64,000 nucleotides of DNA from a virus: IMG/VR virus record IMGVR_UViG_3300037245_001295, positions 1-64,000 of that record; one strand, written 5' to 3'. The notes below the pieces were generated by a model that was not told the origin of the DNA, did no database searches, and saw only the letters and a list, made by a program, of their open reading frames with translations. Positions 35,835-46,088 of this stretch are shown in pieces. The position numbers and the translations under genes were made by a program. Position 1 is the first letter of the stretch. Each line of letters starts with the position of its first letter.

Positions 35835-37503
35835 AAGTATGAACCGCTTTCTTCGGAGAACGCTGTACAGCCTCAAGAGGCAGTACGGTGGGCGGGTCGA
35901 TGTGTACCAACTTGGAAGCACCGACACGGATTACGAGACTGGCGACAAGACATACACCCGATCAATGATTACGGTGCCTAAATGTATTGTGTTGCCTGTT
36001 AAAATCCAACGCGAGGCTGTGCAGTCGATCTCCGTAATATCAGCAAACAAAACATTCGTCTATGGTGGGACGTATGATGCGGGAACACGGATGTTTATCA
36101 TTGATGCTCGTGACTTGCCCAACGACTATGAAATCGTCAACGACGATTGGTTGGTCTATGATAACCGTCGTTACGACATCAAAGACATCACTGAGTTTGA
36201 GCAACACACAGGTTGGATAATCACCGGACGTGAAGTCAAGGGTGTTCGACCTGAGCAGATTTTCAAGGTCAACAGTGAAAATATCATGGAGGTTGAGAGC
36301 AGCGTCTTTGGTGAGGTCGGCCCAGTCGTCGCGGAGAATCCCGCCAGTGCTGCGGCAATCTTGCAAGCAGTGGTGGCAGTTATGGAGCGTTCGGTCGCGC
36401 CGTCCAGTACGGCTAGCATGTCGCAAGAAGTTGAGGCGACTTTAGTTGGCGGTGCTTGTGCCGGTGTTGCCTGGGCTAACGTAGGTGCTGCTTACTGGTC
36501 TGGGTATCAATCCTGTATCAATGCGACGAAGGACCAAAGTGGGTCAGACTCAACAGCTACTTTTGGCAGTCTTGCAGGGTCGTCTAAGTGGTGGGGCGGT
36601 GTTCTCGCACCCAATGGTTTTATCTATGGGGTGCCGTTTGTCAGTACCTCGGTGCTTAAAATCAATCCAAGTACGAACGGTGCTACCACCTTTGGAAGTC
36701 TCGCAGGGTCAACTAAGTGGGTGGGCGGGGTTTTAGCCCCTAATGGCTTCATCTACGGCATCCCATTCAGCAGCACCACCGTGCTTAAACTCAACCCGAG
36801 TGACGATTCAACTTCAACGTTCGGCACAGTCTCAAATGGTCCATATTACAGCGGAGTGTTGGCTGGCAACGGATGTATCTACTGTGTGCCAAACAACGGT
36901 ACAACAGTGTTGAAGATTGATACGAGCAACGATACTGTTGACGAAATCGGCTCGCTGCCCGCCACGTCTTCCAAGTGGAGAGGTGCCGTGCTAGGTGCAA
37001 ATGGGATGGTTTATGGGATACCTGGAAGCAGCACCACGATCTTGAAGATAAACCCAAGTAACGATAGTATATCTGAATTTGGAAGTCTGAGCGGAACCAA
37101 TAAATGGGTGGGTGGCGTCTTGGCACCTAATGGCCACATCTACGGGATACCATTCGATAGTACCCAAGTGCTAAAGATTGATACTACCTCAGACACCCCA
37201 ACAGTCTTTGGGAGTTTGTCAGGAAGTAATAAATGGCGGGGCGGTGTCTTAGCTCCCAATGGTTTCATTTATGGGGTGCCTCGCGACAGCACTTCAATCC
37301 TCAAGATTGATCCCTCGGGCGATACTGCCGGTACCTTTGGAAGTTTCCCAGGTGCTAGCGACTGGGCCGGTGGAATTTTGGCCCCTAATGGACACCTTTA
37401 CTGTATTCCATACTCAAATACAACTGTACTTAGGATTGAGCCTGACAGCGCCTCAGAGTTTACGGATGACGTGATCCAATCGGCTTACTTCAACAAATTT
37501 TAA
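35815..37503 (+). CDS. Head-closure-like domain fused to seven-repeat beta-propeller 3
   Basis: N-terminal D..TG..DWLVYDNRRYDIK; 7 GVLAPNG-like repeats in C-terminal half. Confidence 0.75.
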   Translation: MLSGVNRSMNRFLRRTLYSLKRQYGGRVDVYQLGSTDTDYETGDKTYTRSMITVPKCIVLPVKIQREAVQSISVISANKTFVYGGTYDAGTRMFIIDARDLPNDYEIVNDDWLVYDNRRYDIKDITEFEQHTGWIITGREVKGVRPEQIFKVNSENIMEVESSVFGEVGPVVAENPASAAAILQAVVAVMERSVAPSSTASMSQEVEATLVGGACAGVAWANVGAAYWSGYQSCINATKDQSGSDSTATFGSLAGSSKWWGGVLAPNGFIYGVPFVSTSVLKINPSTNGATTFGSLAGSTKWVGGVLAPNGFIYGIPFSSTTVLKLNPSDDSTSTFGTVSNGPYYSGVLAGNGCIYCVPNNGTTVLKIDTSNDTVDEIGSLPATSSKWRGAVLGANGMVYGIPGSSTTILKINPSNDSISEFGSLSGTNKWVGGVLAPNGHIYGIPFDSTQVLKIDTTSDTPTVFGSLSGSNKWRGGVLAPNGFIYGVPRDSTSILKIDPSGDTAGTFGSFPGASDWAGGILAPNGHLYCIPYSNTTVLRIEPDSASEFTDDVIQSAYFNKF

Positions 37504-37520
37504 CCAGCGGGAGAGAAACT

Positions 37521-38003
37521 ATGGATGCCAATCTACCCCGCTGGATCATGTCGTCAATTGCTGTCTATTTTAAGCCAGTTGCCGACAGCCTGAGTCTCAC
37601 ATACTTCGTGGAAGGTGTCGATGAGCGCGAGACCGATACGATGCGTGCTGAGCATTCAGAAGTGCGTGTCAGTGGTCCCAACATCCGAGAGGTTAGTAAG
37701 GACTATTGGCGTGTACATATTGATATCAATATCATGCTAACAGACTACATGCAAATGTCTTCTGAGAATGCTTATGATATCAATCAATGGGGCGGCGCAT
37801 TTCTTGCCGCAATGATGGACCCGATTCCAATCTATCGTTTTGGGAGCGGGGGAGATGACGATGATTCGCTGATAGGTTGTTTGACCCAACGGTCCAAGTT
37901 TGCCGAGCCAGCGAAGCTAATCCACTTTGGCCAAGTCAACAGTGAAGATCGGATACGACAGGCTGTGGTGGATGGACGTTTTGAAATGTACCTCACAATG
38001 TAA
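37521..38003 (+). CDS. Putative tail terminator
   Basis: Size and position just before tail tube. Confidence 0.55.
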   Translation: MDANLPRWIMSSIAVYFKPVADSLSLTYFVEGVDERETDTMRAEHSEVRVSGPNIREVSKDYWRVHIDINIMLTDYMQMSSENAYDINQWGGAFLAAMMDPIPIYRFGSGGDDDDSLIGCLTQRSKFAEPAKLIHFGQVNSEDRIRQAVVDGRFEMYLTM

Positions 38004-38062
38004 CCATTGAGGCACGCAGGGATTTTGTGATCCCACTAACTTAACAATGAAGGAGGCTTATA

Positions 38063-38812
38063 ATGGCCCGAATCGAACTTAGGGATGCCACTATCCTTAT
38101 CAAGGATGGCCTTAGTGGCTCAGGCATAATTGAAGAAGCGACTCCCGGTGCAACGGACACCGACGCTGATGTGAATACCGCCGTTCTGAACTCTGCCATT
38201 ACCGACTTGGTTCCGGTGGGCGCTCGGTTCACGGTAAACACGGCAAACAACACTGAGATTTATACGGTCACCGCTCGAACTCCTGCGACGACAAGCCCGA
38301 CTACCAACGTCGAGTTTACGCCTGCCTGGGGTGCGAATACGCCGACCGTTTCGGACGTGATTACGTTCCAGGCCCAGGAACTCGAAGTGACCATCGGTGA
38401 GGGTAACCTTACCTGGACGGAAGCCAAGGAGTACGAGTATCTCCTGGACCGTGGTGACCTCGATACCGTGAAGGAAGGCGACGAGCAGCCGCTTGAAGTC
38501 TCCCTGGAATTTGTGTACTCGCACGTTACCCAAGGCACCGGCGAATCCGTCTCCCCTGTGGATGCTGTCAAAGGCTCTGGTGGGGCATCGGAGTGGGTGT
38601 CTAGTTCGTCCGACTTGTGCGAACCGTATGCGGTTGACATGGTGGTTCGCCACTGCGTTCCGTGTGGTACGGACGAGGACGAAGAAATCACGTTCCCGGA
38701 CTTCCGCCAGGAAAGTTTGGAGTATGACCTGAGTGAGGCAACGATTGCCGTATCCGGTCGGTGCAACGTGAGTGAGGCGGTTGCGGTTAGGAGTAACAAC
38801 ACCGAGTGTTAA
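38063..38812 (+). CDS. Major tail tube protein
   Basis: Strong AAGGAGG RBS, acidic beta-rich, followed by terminator and chaperone. Confidence 0.75.
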   Translation: MARIELRDATILIKDGLSGSGIIEEATPGATDTDADVNTAVLNSAITDLVPVGARFTVNTANNTEIYTVTARTPATTSPTTNVEFTPAWGANTPTVSDVITFQAQELEVTIGEGNLTWTEAKEYEYLLDRGDLDTVKEGDEQPLEVSLEFVYSHVTQGTGESVSPVDAVKGSGGASEWVSSSSDLCEPYAVDMVVRHCVPCGTDEDEEITFPDFRQESLEYDLSEATIAVSGRCNVSEAVAVRSNNTEC

Positions 38813-38822
38813 GCAGTGAACG

Positions 38823-38875
38823 TCAGTGGGCGGGTGTGAAATACCGCCCGCCCACTGATTCTTTTCATCTTTTTT
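38823..38875 (+). terminator. Rho-independent terminator after tail tube gene
   Basis: TCAGTGGGCGGG..CCCGCCCACTGA then T runs. Confidence 0.85.
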
Positions 38876-38889
38876 GAGGGAGAACAGTT

Positions 38890-39435
38890 ATGCGTATAGG
38901 TGGAGTGAACATTGAAGGCCCAAATGAGGAAATTCTCGTGCTTCCGCGACTTGGTGACGACATCATCATCCGCGCGATTGCCGTATCGGATATGAGTGAG
39001 TTTCATGCACTCGTCCCCGAACCGAAGCCTCCGGGCAAGCTAACGAAGAATGGCTGGGAACCGACTCTGAACGACGAGACGTTCAAGACGAAGATGATTC
39101 GGTATGGCGAGCAACGCTACGCCTACATGCTTATCCTGTCGCTTATCCCGAGCGAAATCGAGTGGGAGACAGTCGATCTTAACAGTCCGAAGACATGGAC
39201 CCGATGGGACGAAGAACTGCGAGCCGCTGGTTTGTCTACAGTTGAGGTTGATCGTATCTCTGTCTGCGTGATGCGTGCAAACGCTCTGGACGAGAAAAAG
39301 TTGAAGGAAGCCCGCGACCTTTTTCTACTTGGGATGGCGGAGGAACAAAGAAAATCCTGTGGCCTGGAAACCGAACCGGGGAGTACGCCGTCTGGCGAGC
39401 CTGCGAGCGATTCGGAATCCGACCGCCAGGAGTAA
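38890..39435 (+). CDS. Tail assembly chaperone (gpG-like)
   Basis: Between tube and tape measure; overlapping open -1 frame. Confidence 0.75.
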   Translation: MRIGGVNIEGPNEEILVLPRLGDDIIIRAIAVSDMSEFHALVPEPKPPGKLTKNGWEPTLNDETFKTKMIRYGEQRYAYMLILSLIPSEIEWETVDLNSPKTWTRWDEELRAAGLSTVEVDRISVCVMRANALDEKKLKEARDLFLLGMAEEQRKSCGLETEPGSTPSGEPASDSESDRQE

Positions 39436-39602
39436 AGGCCGACTGGGAAGATTGCATGTCTCCTACGCAAGCACAAATACTCGCGTATGACCAGACACGT
39501 CAACATGACGAATTTGAGGAAGCGAAGGCGTTGTCGGGAGCAGGGAAGTCTCCCGCATCGCCAACAATGGGACGAGGCCGCAGGGGACGAGGACGACGCT
39601 AA
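39294..39602 (+). CDS. -1 frameshift extension of tail chaperone (gpT-like)
   Basis: -1 frame open 39252-39602 (..YAVWRACERFGIRPP..W..QAQILAYDQ..), stop overlaps next ATG. Confidence 0.7.
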   Translation, partial: EKVEGSPRPFSTWDGGGTKKILWPGNRTGEYAVWRACERFGIRPPGVKADWEDCMSPTQAQILAYDQTRQHDEFEEAKALSGAGKSPASPTMGRGRRGRGRR

Positions 39603-40111
39603 TGAAATTCAAAGCTAAATTTCATACTTTGACGTTGGACTTAGGGGCCTACAAGGCGGAACTTAATGCCTACATGGAGGAATGGTTAAAGCAAGCTGGA
39701 CGAGAGTGGCTGAATGCTACCGTTATGACTGCGATCCCCACATGGTCGAAGGCATCTCGGGCCACTTTCCAAAAGCTCGCTCACGAACTAGGCACGTCAG
39801 TTCCGTATGGCCCTTTGAAAAGCCTAAAAGATCGGGAATCTCTAGGACTATCTGCCGGGAGCGGCAGTGGTGTGGAGCTTAATCCGAGCAATCAGCAGTG
39901 GCATTTCAAATACCACAGTGACCTCAAATATCTGGCATACAATGAGTACAATAAGGCCGTCTATGGACAGGGCGGCGTCTTCTCAAGATCGGGACTTCGA
40001 CATCCCACCCCCTATCACTTCCAAGAAAAAGGACTGAAAGCGTTTGAAGATTTCACACGCTTTACAGAACTTCCGAATCCCTTCAAGTTTTTGAAAAAGG
40101 GTAAGATTTAA
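39602..40111 (+). CDS. Putative tail completion/neck protein
   Basis: IPTWS..SR..YLAYNEY pattern reminiscent of HK97 gp10-like proteins. Confidence 0.5.
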   Translation: MKFKAKFHTLTLDLGAYKAELNAYMEEWLKQAGREWLNATVMTAIPTWSKASRATFQKLAHELGTSVPYGPLKSLKDRESLGLSAGSGSGVELNPSNQQWHFKYHSDLKYLAYNEYNKAVYGQGGVFSRSGLRHPTPYHFQEKGLKAFEDFTRFTELPNPFKFLKKGKI

Positions 40112-43100
40112 TGCCTGAAGACATCACACAAAAACTAGGTTTTGACGCCTCCTCCGCTATCCAAGAGTTAGTGCGGTTGCGTCAGGAACTTCAGAACTTC
40201 AAGCAGTCCCTCCAGAATGTGTCTGGTGGGCTGCGGAAGTTCCCGTCTGCGGCCGTTCCCGCAATCAAGACATTCCGAGAACTCGCGACAGCGGCAACCT
40301 CAGCCTCCGCTGCTATTCAAAGTCTAGCAGTAGCGGGTGGGGTTCGTCAGGCTGCCGCTGCGGTTACAAACTCGTTTGACCAAGCTCGGACGGCTGTGCA
40401 AGGTGCTGGGGAGGCCGCCACGCAGGCGAGTACCGCAACGAAAGCGGCGGCGGACACTACCGCAACGGCTGCTAAAAAGTCTGGCGATGCAATGGACAAG
40501 GCCGGTAAAGCCGGTCAGAATGCTGGCAAAGCAATTTCCATCTCTTGGAAGACAATTGCCAGAGTCGTGCAGGCTCAGGTTATTGTCCGTGCAGTAAACA
40601 CGATAATCTCTTCGTTCAAAGAAGCCCGTGAAGAAGCTATTCAATTCTCAGTGGCCGTGGCGGAAGCGTTCACGATTTCCGGCGGTGCCTTAGGGTCAAT
40701 GGATGAGATGAACGAGCGGGTTCGTCAACTGACCCTCAGTTTAGGGGCTACTAGCGATGTCGTCGCCGAAGGTGTCTACCAAACTCTGTCGAACCAAGTG
40801 GTTGAGGCAGGGGACGCTTTGAAATTCACGGAGCAGGCGGGAAAGCTTGCTATTGCCACTAACTCCGACCTGAAGGATGCGGTGAATGCACTATCGTCTG
40901 TGATGAACAGTTATGGTCTCGATGTAACTGAGGCCACTCAAGTATCTGATGTACTCTTCAAAACAGTTGAATTGGGACGTACTCGACTGAATGAATTCGG
41001 GTCCACCTTAGGCCGATTGGCTCCTTTGACATCCGCACTTGGGATTAGCTATCAAGAAATGGCAGCAGCGGTGGCGGCTGTCACTAGGAAGGGTGTTCCA
41101 ACCCACACCGCTCTGACACAGATTTTGCAGGTGTCGCAAAAACTTCTACGGCCCACGGAGAAGCTGCAAGAACTCTATAATAAGTGGGGTGTAGAAACAG
41201 GGCCGGAGGCAATCGAGCGGTTCGGAGGCCTCGCTGGTGTATTGATTAAGATGAAGGACGAGACGGCCGGAAACGACGCCGCATTCTCCGATTTGTTAGG
41301 CCGAGTTCGTGCCATTGTTGGTGCTTTGAACTTGACCACTGACGGTGCCAATGACCTCACTGACGCACTCGATGCGATGAATAGTGTTGGTGGCGAGACC
41401 AGCAAGGCAATGGATGAGATTCGCGAGTCCACAGGTCGGCAAGCAATTGAGGCTTGGAACAATCTTGGCACGGAAATGTTGACTGTCGGTAAGACCTTGG
41501 CGGAAATTACCACGCCGTTAGCTAAGGGACTCCAGGTAATCGTTGACAATATGAATTCAGTTATCGCCGTCACAGTAGCGGTCGGTGTTGGCTTCATAGC
41601 TCTACGGGCGCAAGCTGCGGCGGCCTCGTCGCAGATGGGTGTAATGGCCCTCTCTGTGAAAGGCGTTGGTGCTGCTTTGATGTCTGTTCTTCCTATAGCC
41701 ATACTGGCAGCGGCGGCATTTGCCGCAGTAAAGGCTGCTGAGGCGTGGGCCGATTGGGCCGACAGTGCTACCGAAAATGCTGAAAGGATCGCAAATGCAG
41801 AGACGGCTCTGACGGCAGCACATGAACGGGGGACGAGGGAACGGGTGGAAACGTCTCGAAAAGAATTTGCTGCGCAAACCAAAGTTGCTGGTACGTTCTT
41901 CACTGAGATGTCCCAACTGTATCAGAAAGATGCGAGTGAGTTTGAGACTCGCAGTGAAGTCATTGGTAAAGTTCTTGATAGTACGCTTAGTCGCTTGATG
42001 AAGAGACGTGCTGATGCCGTCAAGATAGTCAGGGACGCTGTGATTGAAGCAGATGATGCGATCAGAACATCTGCTGAGAAACAAGCTACCGCGCAAGACA
42101 AACTCGATGAACTCAACTTCAAGAGACGGCTTCGCCGCCTGGGCGCGCGACGTGCAGCTACCGCCGTACACCAGCGTGCAGAGCAGACTGCGGCGCGTGC
42201 CGCGCAAGCGTTTGCCACAGCGGGTGCTGACGAGGAAGCACAAGCTGGGGCGCGGAAACTGTCGCAGGTGGCTGAGGTGCGGGCTGCCGAAGATGCCTCC
42301 CATCAAAAGACATTGGGCAACTTCAAGGGTATCCAAAGGGCTGAGAAGGTTCTTGAGGGAATCTTGCAAACTCGTATCTCGGGCGAAAAGGCTTTCCAAG
42401 CTGAAAGAACTAAGCTGCGCGACAGCGAGCACAGGACAGAGCTTCAAAGACTGGAAGAAACCGGACAGGCGGTCGAGGTTCTTCTGGAGAAGATGAAAGA
42501 CCTTGCTGACCCCACTGGTAAAACTTTCGCACAAATGGAGGCAGATACGCAGCGGATCGCCGAGCTTGTTCCTGAGTTCGCACGAAACCTTCAAGGAGCA
42601 TTTGACTTCGACGCCTTTGAGGGGTTAGGGCTGCCAGCGGGGATTGAAGAGTTGAAGACAGGCGTTGCGGAGGCATTTGACAAGGCTACGTTCGATTGGA
42701 CTCGGGCCACGGCAGACTTCAAGAATGCCGTGACCTCCCAAGAATATGATGTGCCAGTGACGCTAAAAATCTCCAACGAAGGATTCATTGAACAATTCGT
42801 GGCGTCGTTCGGTGAGGTTGATCTGCTTGGTGATCCAGGGCAGCGAGCCGCCAAAGAATTAAAGACTGCCCAAGACATAGTCCAAAGGACAGAAGAAGCT
42901 GGACGGGGTGTCGCTAACTCTCTGGACATAATTACGGACAGAGCGGGGACTATCAGAAGTAGTTTGGACATCAGTGACTTGTTAAGCACTTGGGAGAAAT
43001 TCTACGCCGTTGGTGCCCGTAAGGCCCCGTTTGAAAATATGGAAGAGTACCACGAGCGAGTGCGAAAGGCGGTGCCCGAACTCGATGCACTTCGCGGCAA

Positions 43101-44418
43101 GGTGCTGGAACTGACTAACTCACTTGAGACAAGTGGTAAAACTGGACAAGCCGTTATTGATGAGCAGCGAACAGCTTACAAGGAGATCATTGATGAAGCA
43201 AAGAGGTTGGAGGAGGAAGATATTGTCAGTCAGAACGCACTGAACAACCTCAAGCTCTCCACTGACCGTCTCAAAGAGATGGGAGCGGAAGTGACGAAGA
43301 TTAAGGCCTTTGACGAATCTGTTTCGGATATTCGGGCGGGCACTTACGAGGTGGCGTTGACTCGTCTAAGCGAGACGAGTGCCCAAGCAAAAGAATTGGT
43401 CCTCACAGAGGAACTTCTTGGCACGAAGACTAAGGCTCGAAATACAGAGCTTGAGCGGTCTATCGCCATTCACAAGCTACTCAACCAGGGTTCTCAGGAT
43501 AATGTCACTGCTACTGACAGTGAGAAAGAAGCCGTGGACTCACTATCAACCGCGTATGAGGGCGCGGCCGAGGCTCGTAAGAAATTGAACGAAGCCGGTG
43601 CTCGCGGTGAGGCTGGTGACGCCGGGGCGGCTGGCCCTGCCGGCGGCGAAGAAGCAGCGGCTCCGTCTGTGGATGCTTTGGCTGCTCAGGCTGCCGCTGC
43701 GCAGCAACTTCAAGCAGAGTTGCTGCTAGTCAATACGGAATTCGCAAACGTCATCAGTTCAGCCAGCGGACTCACAACTGCCGTTAGTGCCCCCCTTGAG
43801 CCCGCCATCCAGCTTCGGGACGCCTTCATGGGCATCTCCCAGGCGATAGCCGGTGTTAGTGCTGCTATGCCGTTGGTGACAGGGCAGCTATCGGGCGCAA
43901 CCTCAATTGCTGGTGCCTTGACCTCAGCTTTGAATCAGTCGGCCACGGCTGTAAGTGCTATCACGCAAGCCACCGGAAGCTTGTCCAGTAGTTTGGCAGC
44001 AGCGGCGGGCGCCGGTAACACCATGGCAGCGTCGATGAATGCTGCTGCTGCGGCGGCTGTGAAGGCGGCACAGGCCTGTGCCAAGGCCGCACAACAGTGT
44101 GCAGGCGGTAGCGCCCGTGCGTCCAATGGCGGCCGGTTCTTCGCGGACGGTGGGCGTGGCACGGACACCGTGCCTGCTATGCTGACTCCGGGTGAATTTG
44201 TTGTCAACGCCAAATCGGCACGTAACTTCTTCCCGCAGCTTCAGGCCATCAATGCGGGCCAGAGTCCTGTCTACCGAGAGCAAGGCGGACAGGTGACAAA
44301 TATCGGTGACGTGAACGTGACGTTACAAGGTGGTGACGGGCCGCCCGCCCAAACTATAAGAGAGATTGGTAACGGGTTACGACGTGAGTTACGTCGAAAA
44401 ACTGTGAAACTTTACTAA
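40111..44418 (+). CDS. Tail tape measure protein
   Basis: 1435 aa, Ala-rich helical; TP901-like core; GTDTVPAMLTPGEFVVN C-terminal motif. Confidence 0.93.
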   Translation: MPEDITQKLGFDASSAIQELVRLRQELQNFKQSLQNVSGGLRKFPSAAVPAIKTFRELATAATSASAAIQSLAVAGGVRQAAAAVTNSFDQARTAVQGAGEAATQASTATKAAADTTATAAKKSGDAMDKAGKAGQNAGKAISISWKTIARVVQAQVIVRAVNTIISSFKEAREEAIQFSVAVAEAFTISGGALGSMDEMNERVRQLTLSLGATSDVVAEGVYQTLSNQVVEAGDALKFTEQAGKLAIATNSDLKDAVNALSSVMNSYGLDVTEATQVSDVLFKTVELGRTRLNEFGSTLGRLAPLTSALGISYQEMAAAVAAVTRKGVPTHTALTQILQVSQKLLRPTEKLQELYNKWGVETGPEAIERFGGLAGVLIKMKDETAGNDAAFSDLLGRVRAIVGALNLTTDGANDLTDALDAMNSVGGETSKAMDEIRESTGRQAIEAWNNLGTEMLTVGKTLAEITTPLAKGLQVIVDNMNSVIAVTVAVGVGFIALRAQAAAASSQMGVMALSVKGVGAALMSVLPIAILAAAAFAAVKAAEAWADWADSATENAERIANAETALTAAHERGTRERVETSRKEFAAQTKVAGTFFTEMSQLYQKDASEFETRSEVIGKVLDSTLSRLMKRRADAVKIVRDAVIEADDAIRTSAEKQATAQDKLDELNFKRRLRRLGARRAATAVHQRAEQTAARAAQAFATAGADEEAQAGARKLSQVAEVRAAEDASHQKTLGNFKGIQRAEKVLEGILQTRISGEKAFQAERTKLRDSEHRTELQRLEETGQAVEVLLEKMKDLADPTGKTFAQMEADTQRIAELVPEFARNLQGAFDFDAFEGLGLPAGIEELKTGVAEAFDKATFDWTRATADFKNAVTSQEYDVPVTLKISNEGFIEQFVASFGEVDLLGDPGQRAAKELKTAQDIVQRTEEAGRGVANSLDIITDRAGTIRSSLDISDLLSTWEKFYAVGARKAPFENMEEYHERVRKAVPELDALRGKVLELTNSLETSGKTGQAVIDEQRTAYKEIIDEAKRLEEEDIVSQNALNNLKLSTDRLKEMGAEVTKIKAFDESVSDIRAGTYEVALTRLSETSAQAKELVLTEELLGTKTKARNTELERSIAIHKLLNQGSQDNVTATDSEKEAVDSLSTAYEGAAEARKKLNEAGARGEAGDAGAAGPAGGEEAAAPSVDALAAQAAAAQQLQAELLLVNTEFANVISSASGLTTAVSAPLEPAIQLRDAFMGISQAIAGVSAAMPLVTGQLSGATSIAGALTSALNQSATAVSAITQATGSLSSSLAAAAGAGNTMAASMNAAAAAAVKAAQACAKAAQQCAGGSARASNGGRFFADGGRGTDTVPAMLTPGEFVVNAKSARNFFPQLQAINAGQSPVYREQGGQVTNIGDVNVTLQGGDGPPAQTIREIGNGLRRELRRKTVKLY

Positions 44419-44492
44419 GGACTTCAGCGGGCCACGGGCACCTGATGTTGGTGCCTGCTAGACAGCCTGCGTAATACGATTGGAGACAAGAC

Positions 44493-44981
44493 ATGAACGC
44501 TAATCACGCCCTACCGCTTCGAGGCAAATTCTTCGTTGAGCACCGGAACAAGGACGGAAAACTTATCGGCCTCTACAGGATTCCTAATGGGATCGTGGAT
44601 GTTGGTATGGACTTCCTCCTGGACTGCATGTTCAACAGTGGCACGCAGAGTGCTACTTGGTATATCGCCCTCATCGACAACTCTGGGTACACCGGAGTTG
44701 CGGACAGTGACACACTGGCTTCCCACGCGGGCTGGACGGAATTCACTGATTACTCGGGTGGCCGAAAGACGTGGGGCGTTGGTTCTCCTTCTGGCCGTGC
44801 GATAACGAACGGCTCTACTGTGGACTTTACCATTACCGGCGCAGGCGCAGTCAGAGGTATTTTCGCCACAGACCAAGCGTCCGGTGCCTCTCCCATCCTC
44901 TGGGCAACGGCTCTATTCAGTTCGGCCATTACGGTTGCGGGGTCTGACGTGTTGAAGATTACCTACACAGTCAGTGGTTGA
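44493..44981 (+). CDS. Minor tail structural protein
   Basis: NGIVDVG..LL..F..WYIAL..GDVLKITYT-type phage tail family pattern. Confidence 0.65.
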   Translation: MNANHALPLRGKFFVEHRNKDGKLIGLYRIPNGIVDVGMDFLLDCMFNSGTQSATWYIALIDNSGYTGVADSDTLASHAGWTEFTDYSGGRKTWGVGSPSGRAITNGSTVDFTITGAGAVRGIFATDQASGASPILWATALFSSAITVAGSDVLKITYTVSG

Positions 44982-44995
44982 TTCTCTCCCTCGGT

Positions 44996-45033
44996 GAGCC
45001 TTGGCGCGAGACTTCTCGCGTCAGGGCTCTTTT
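44996..45033 (+). terminator. Hairpin/terminator
   Basis: GAGCCTTGGCGCGAGA..TCTCGCGTCAGGGCTC then TTTT. Confidence 0.75.
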
Positions 45034-45050
45034 CAAGACAAGGTGCTGAT

Positions 45051-46088
45051 ATGGCTCTACTGTGGGTGGATGGCTTTGAAGGCTATGGTGATTCCGACAA
45101 CGAACGTGTGGAGAGTGTATTAGCGCGCCGGTATACTGTCGCTAGTCTACACGAAGTAAAGAATGATGGAAGATATGGAGGTTGGTCAATGCAGCCTGAG
45201 TTTTTTAACTGCACTTTCCAAACTCCCGCGTTGACAACTGACGATACTTTGATTGTTTGTTTTGCCTTGAAGTGGCCATACTTTGTCATTAACGCTGGCT
45301 CAATCTGTGCCATGTACAGTGGAGTTACAGAGGGTATGAAGTTTGGATGCCGTCCAGATGGTTCAATCATCATCTGGCGCGGCGGCACTATATTGGAGAC
45401 TACTGAACCCAGCGTTCTAAAATATCGCAGGTGGCATTGGATCGAATTCAAAGTAGTTACCAGTGACACGATCGGTTCGTATGAACTGAAGGTTGACGGG
45501 ACAACAGTTGCCTCAGCTTCCGGTATGGACACACAACCCGGCCTCTCTGCGTATCACGATATTGTGCAACTAAATGGCGTGGCTATCTCAACTGTAAAGA
45601 CGCCTAGATTCGACGATCTATTTATTATGGACGGTACGGGTGGGAGCTACGACGATTTCATTGGGCAGCGTCGTACGCAGGTGATAGTGCCTGACGGCGA
45701 CACTGCCACAGTAAATTGGACCGTTAGCGGCGGCAGTAATCACTGGGAGCTTGTTGATGACCTTGATCCTGATGATGACGCGAACTACGTCGAAGATACG
45801 GTCAGCACCGATCAAGATCGCTGGACTTACAGTGATATTACCGACTTCGATGGTGGGAGCATTGATGCCGTCTCCTTGATTACAGATGTTCGTGTAACAG
45901 ATGCTAACACGTATGATCTAACCACAGTCGTCAAGTCTGGCGGAACTGAATATACAGTAAATGCAGGAACTATCAGCAGCACTTCGTATGTTATGCTGGA
46001 CAGGTTGATGGTAGTAGACCCAGACACTTCGTCTGCTTGGACGTACAACAACGTAAATGCCATTGAAATGGGCGTGGAGGTGGGTTAA
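45051..46088 (+). CDS. Tail-associated beta-sandwich (lectin-like) protein 1
   Basis: LLWVDGFE start; W.WIEFK..YELKVDG..DDLFI pattern. Confidence 0.7.
   Translation: MALLWVDGFEGYGDSDNERVESVLARRYTVASLHEVKNDGRYGGWSMQPEFFNCTFQTPALTTDDTLIVCFALKWPYFVINAGSICAMYSGVTEGMKFGCRPDGSIIIWRGGTILETTEPSVLKYRRWHWIEFKVVTSDTIGSYELKVDGTTVASASGMDTQPGLSAYHDIVQLNGVAISTVKTPRFDDLFIMDGTGGSYDDFIGQRRTQVIVPDGDTATVNWTVSGGSNHWELVDDLDPDDDANYVEDTVSTDQDRWTYSDITDFDGGSIDAVSLITDVRVTDANTYDLTTVVKSGGTEYTVNAGTISSTSYVMLDRLMVVDPDTSSAWTYNNVNAIEMGVEVG

Noticed and set aside
22353-37503. Diversity-generating retroelement acting on the propeller or tail genes
   Set aside because: No reverse transcriptase, and no near-identical template/variable pair with adenine-specific mismatches was noticed by eye
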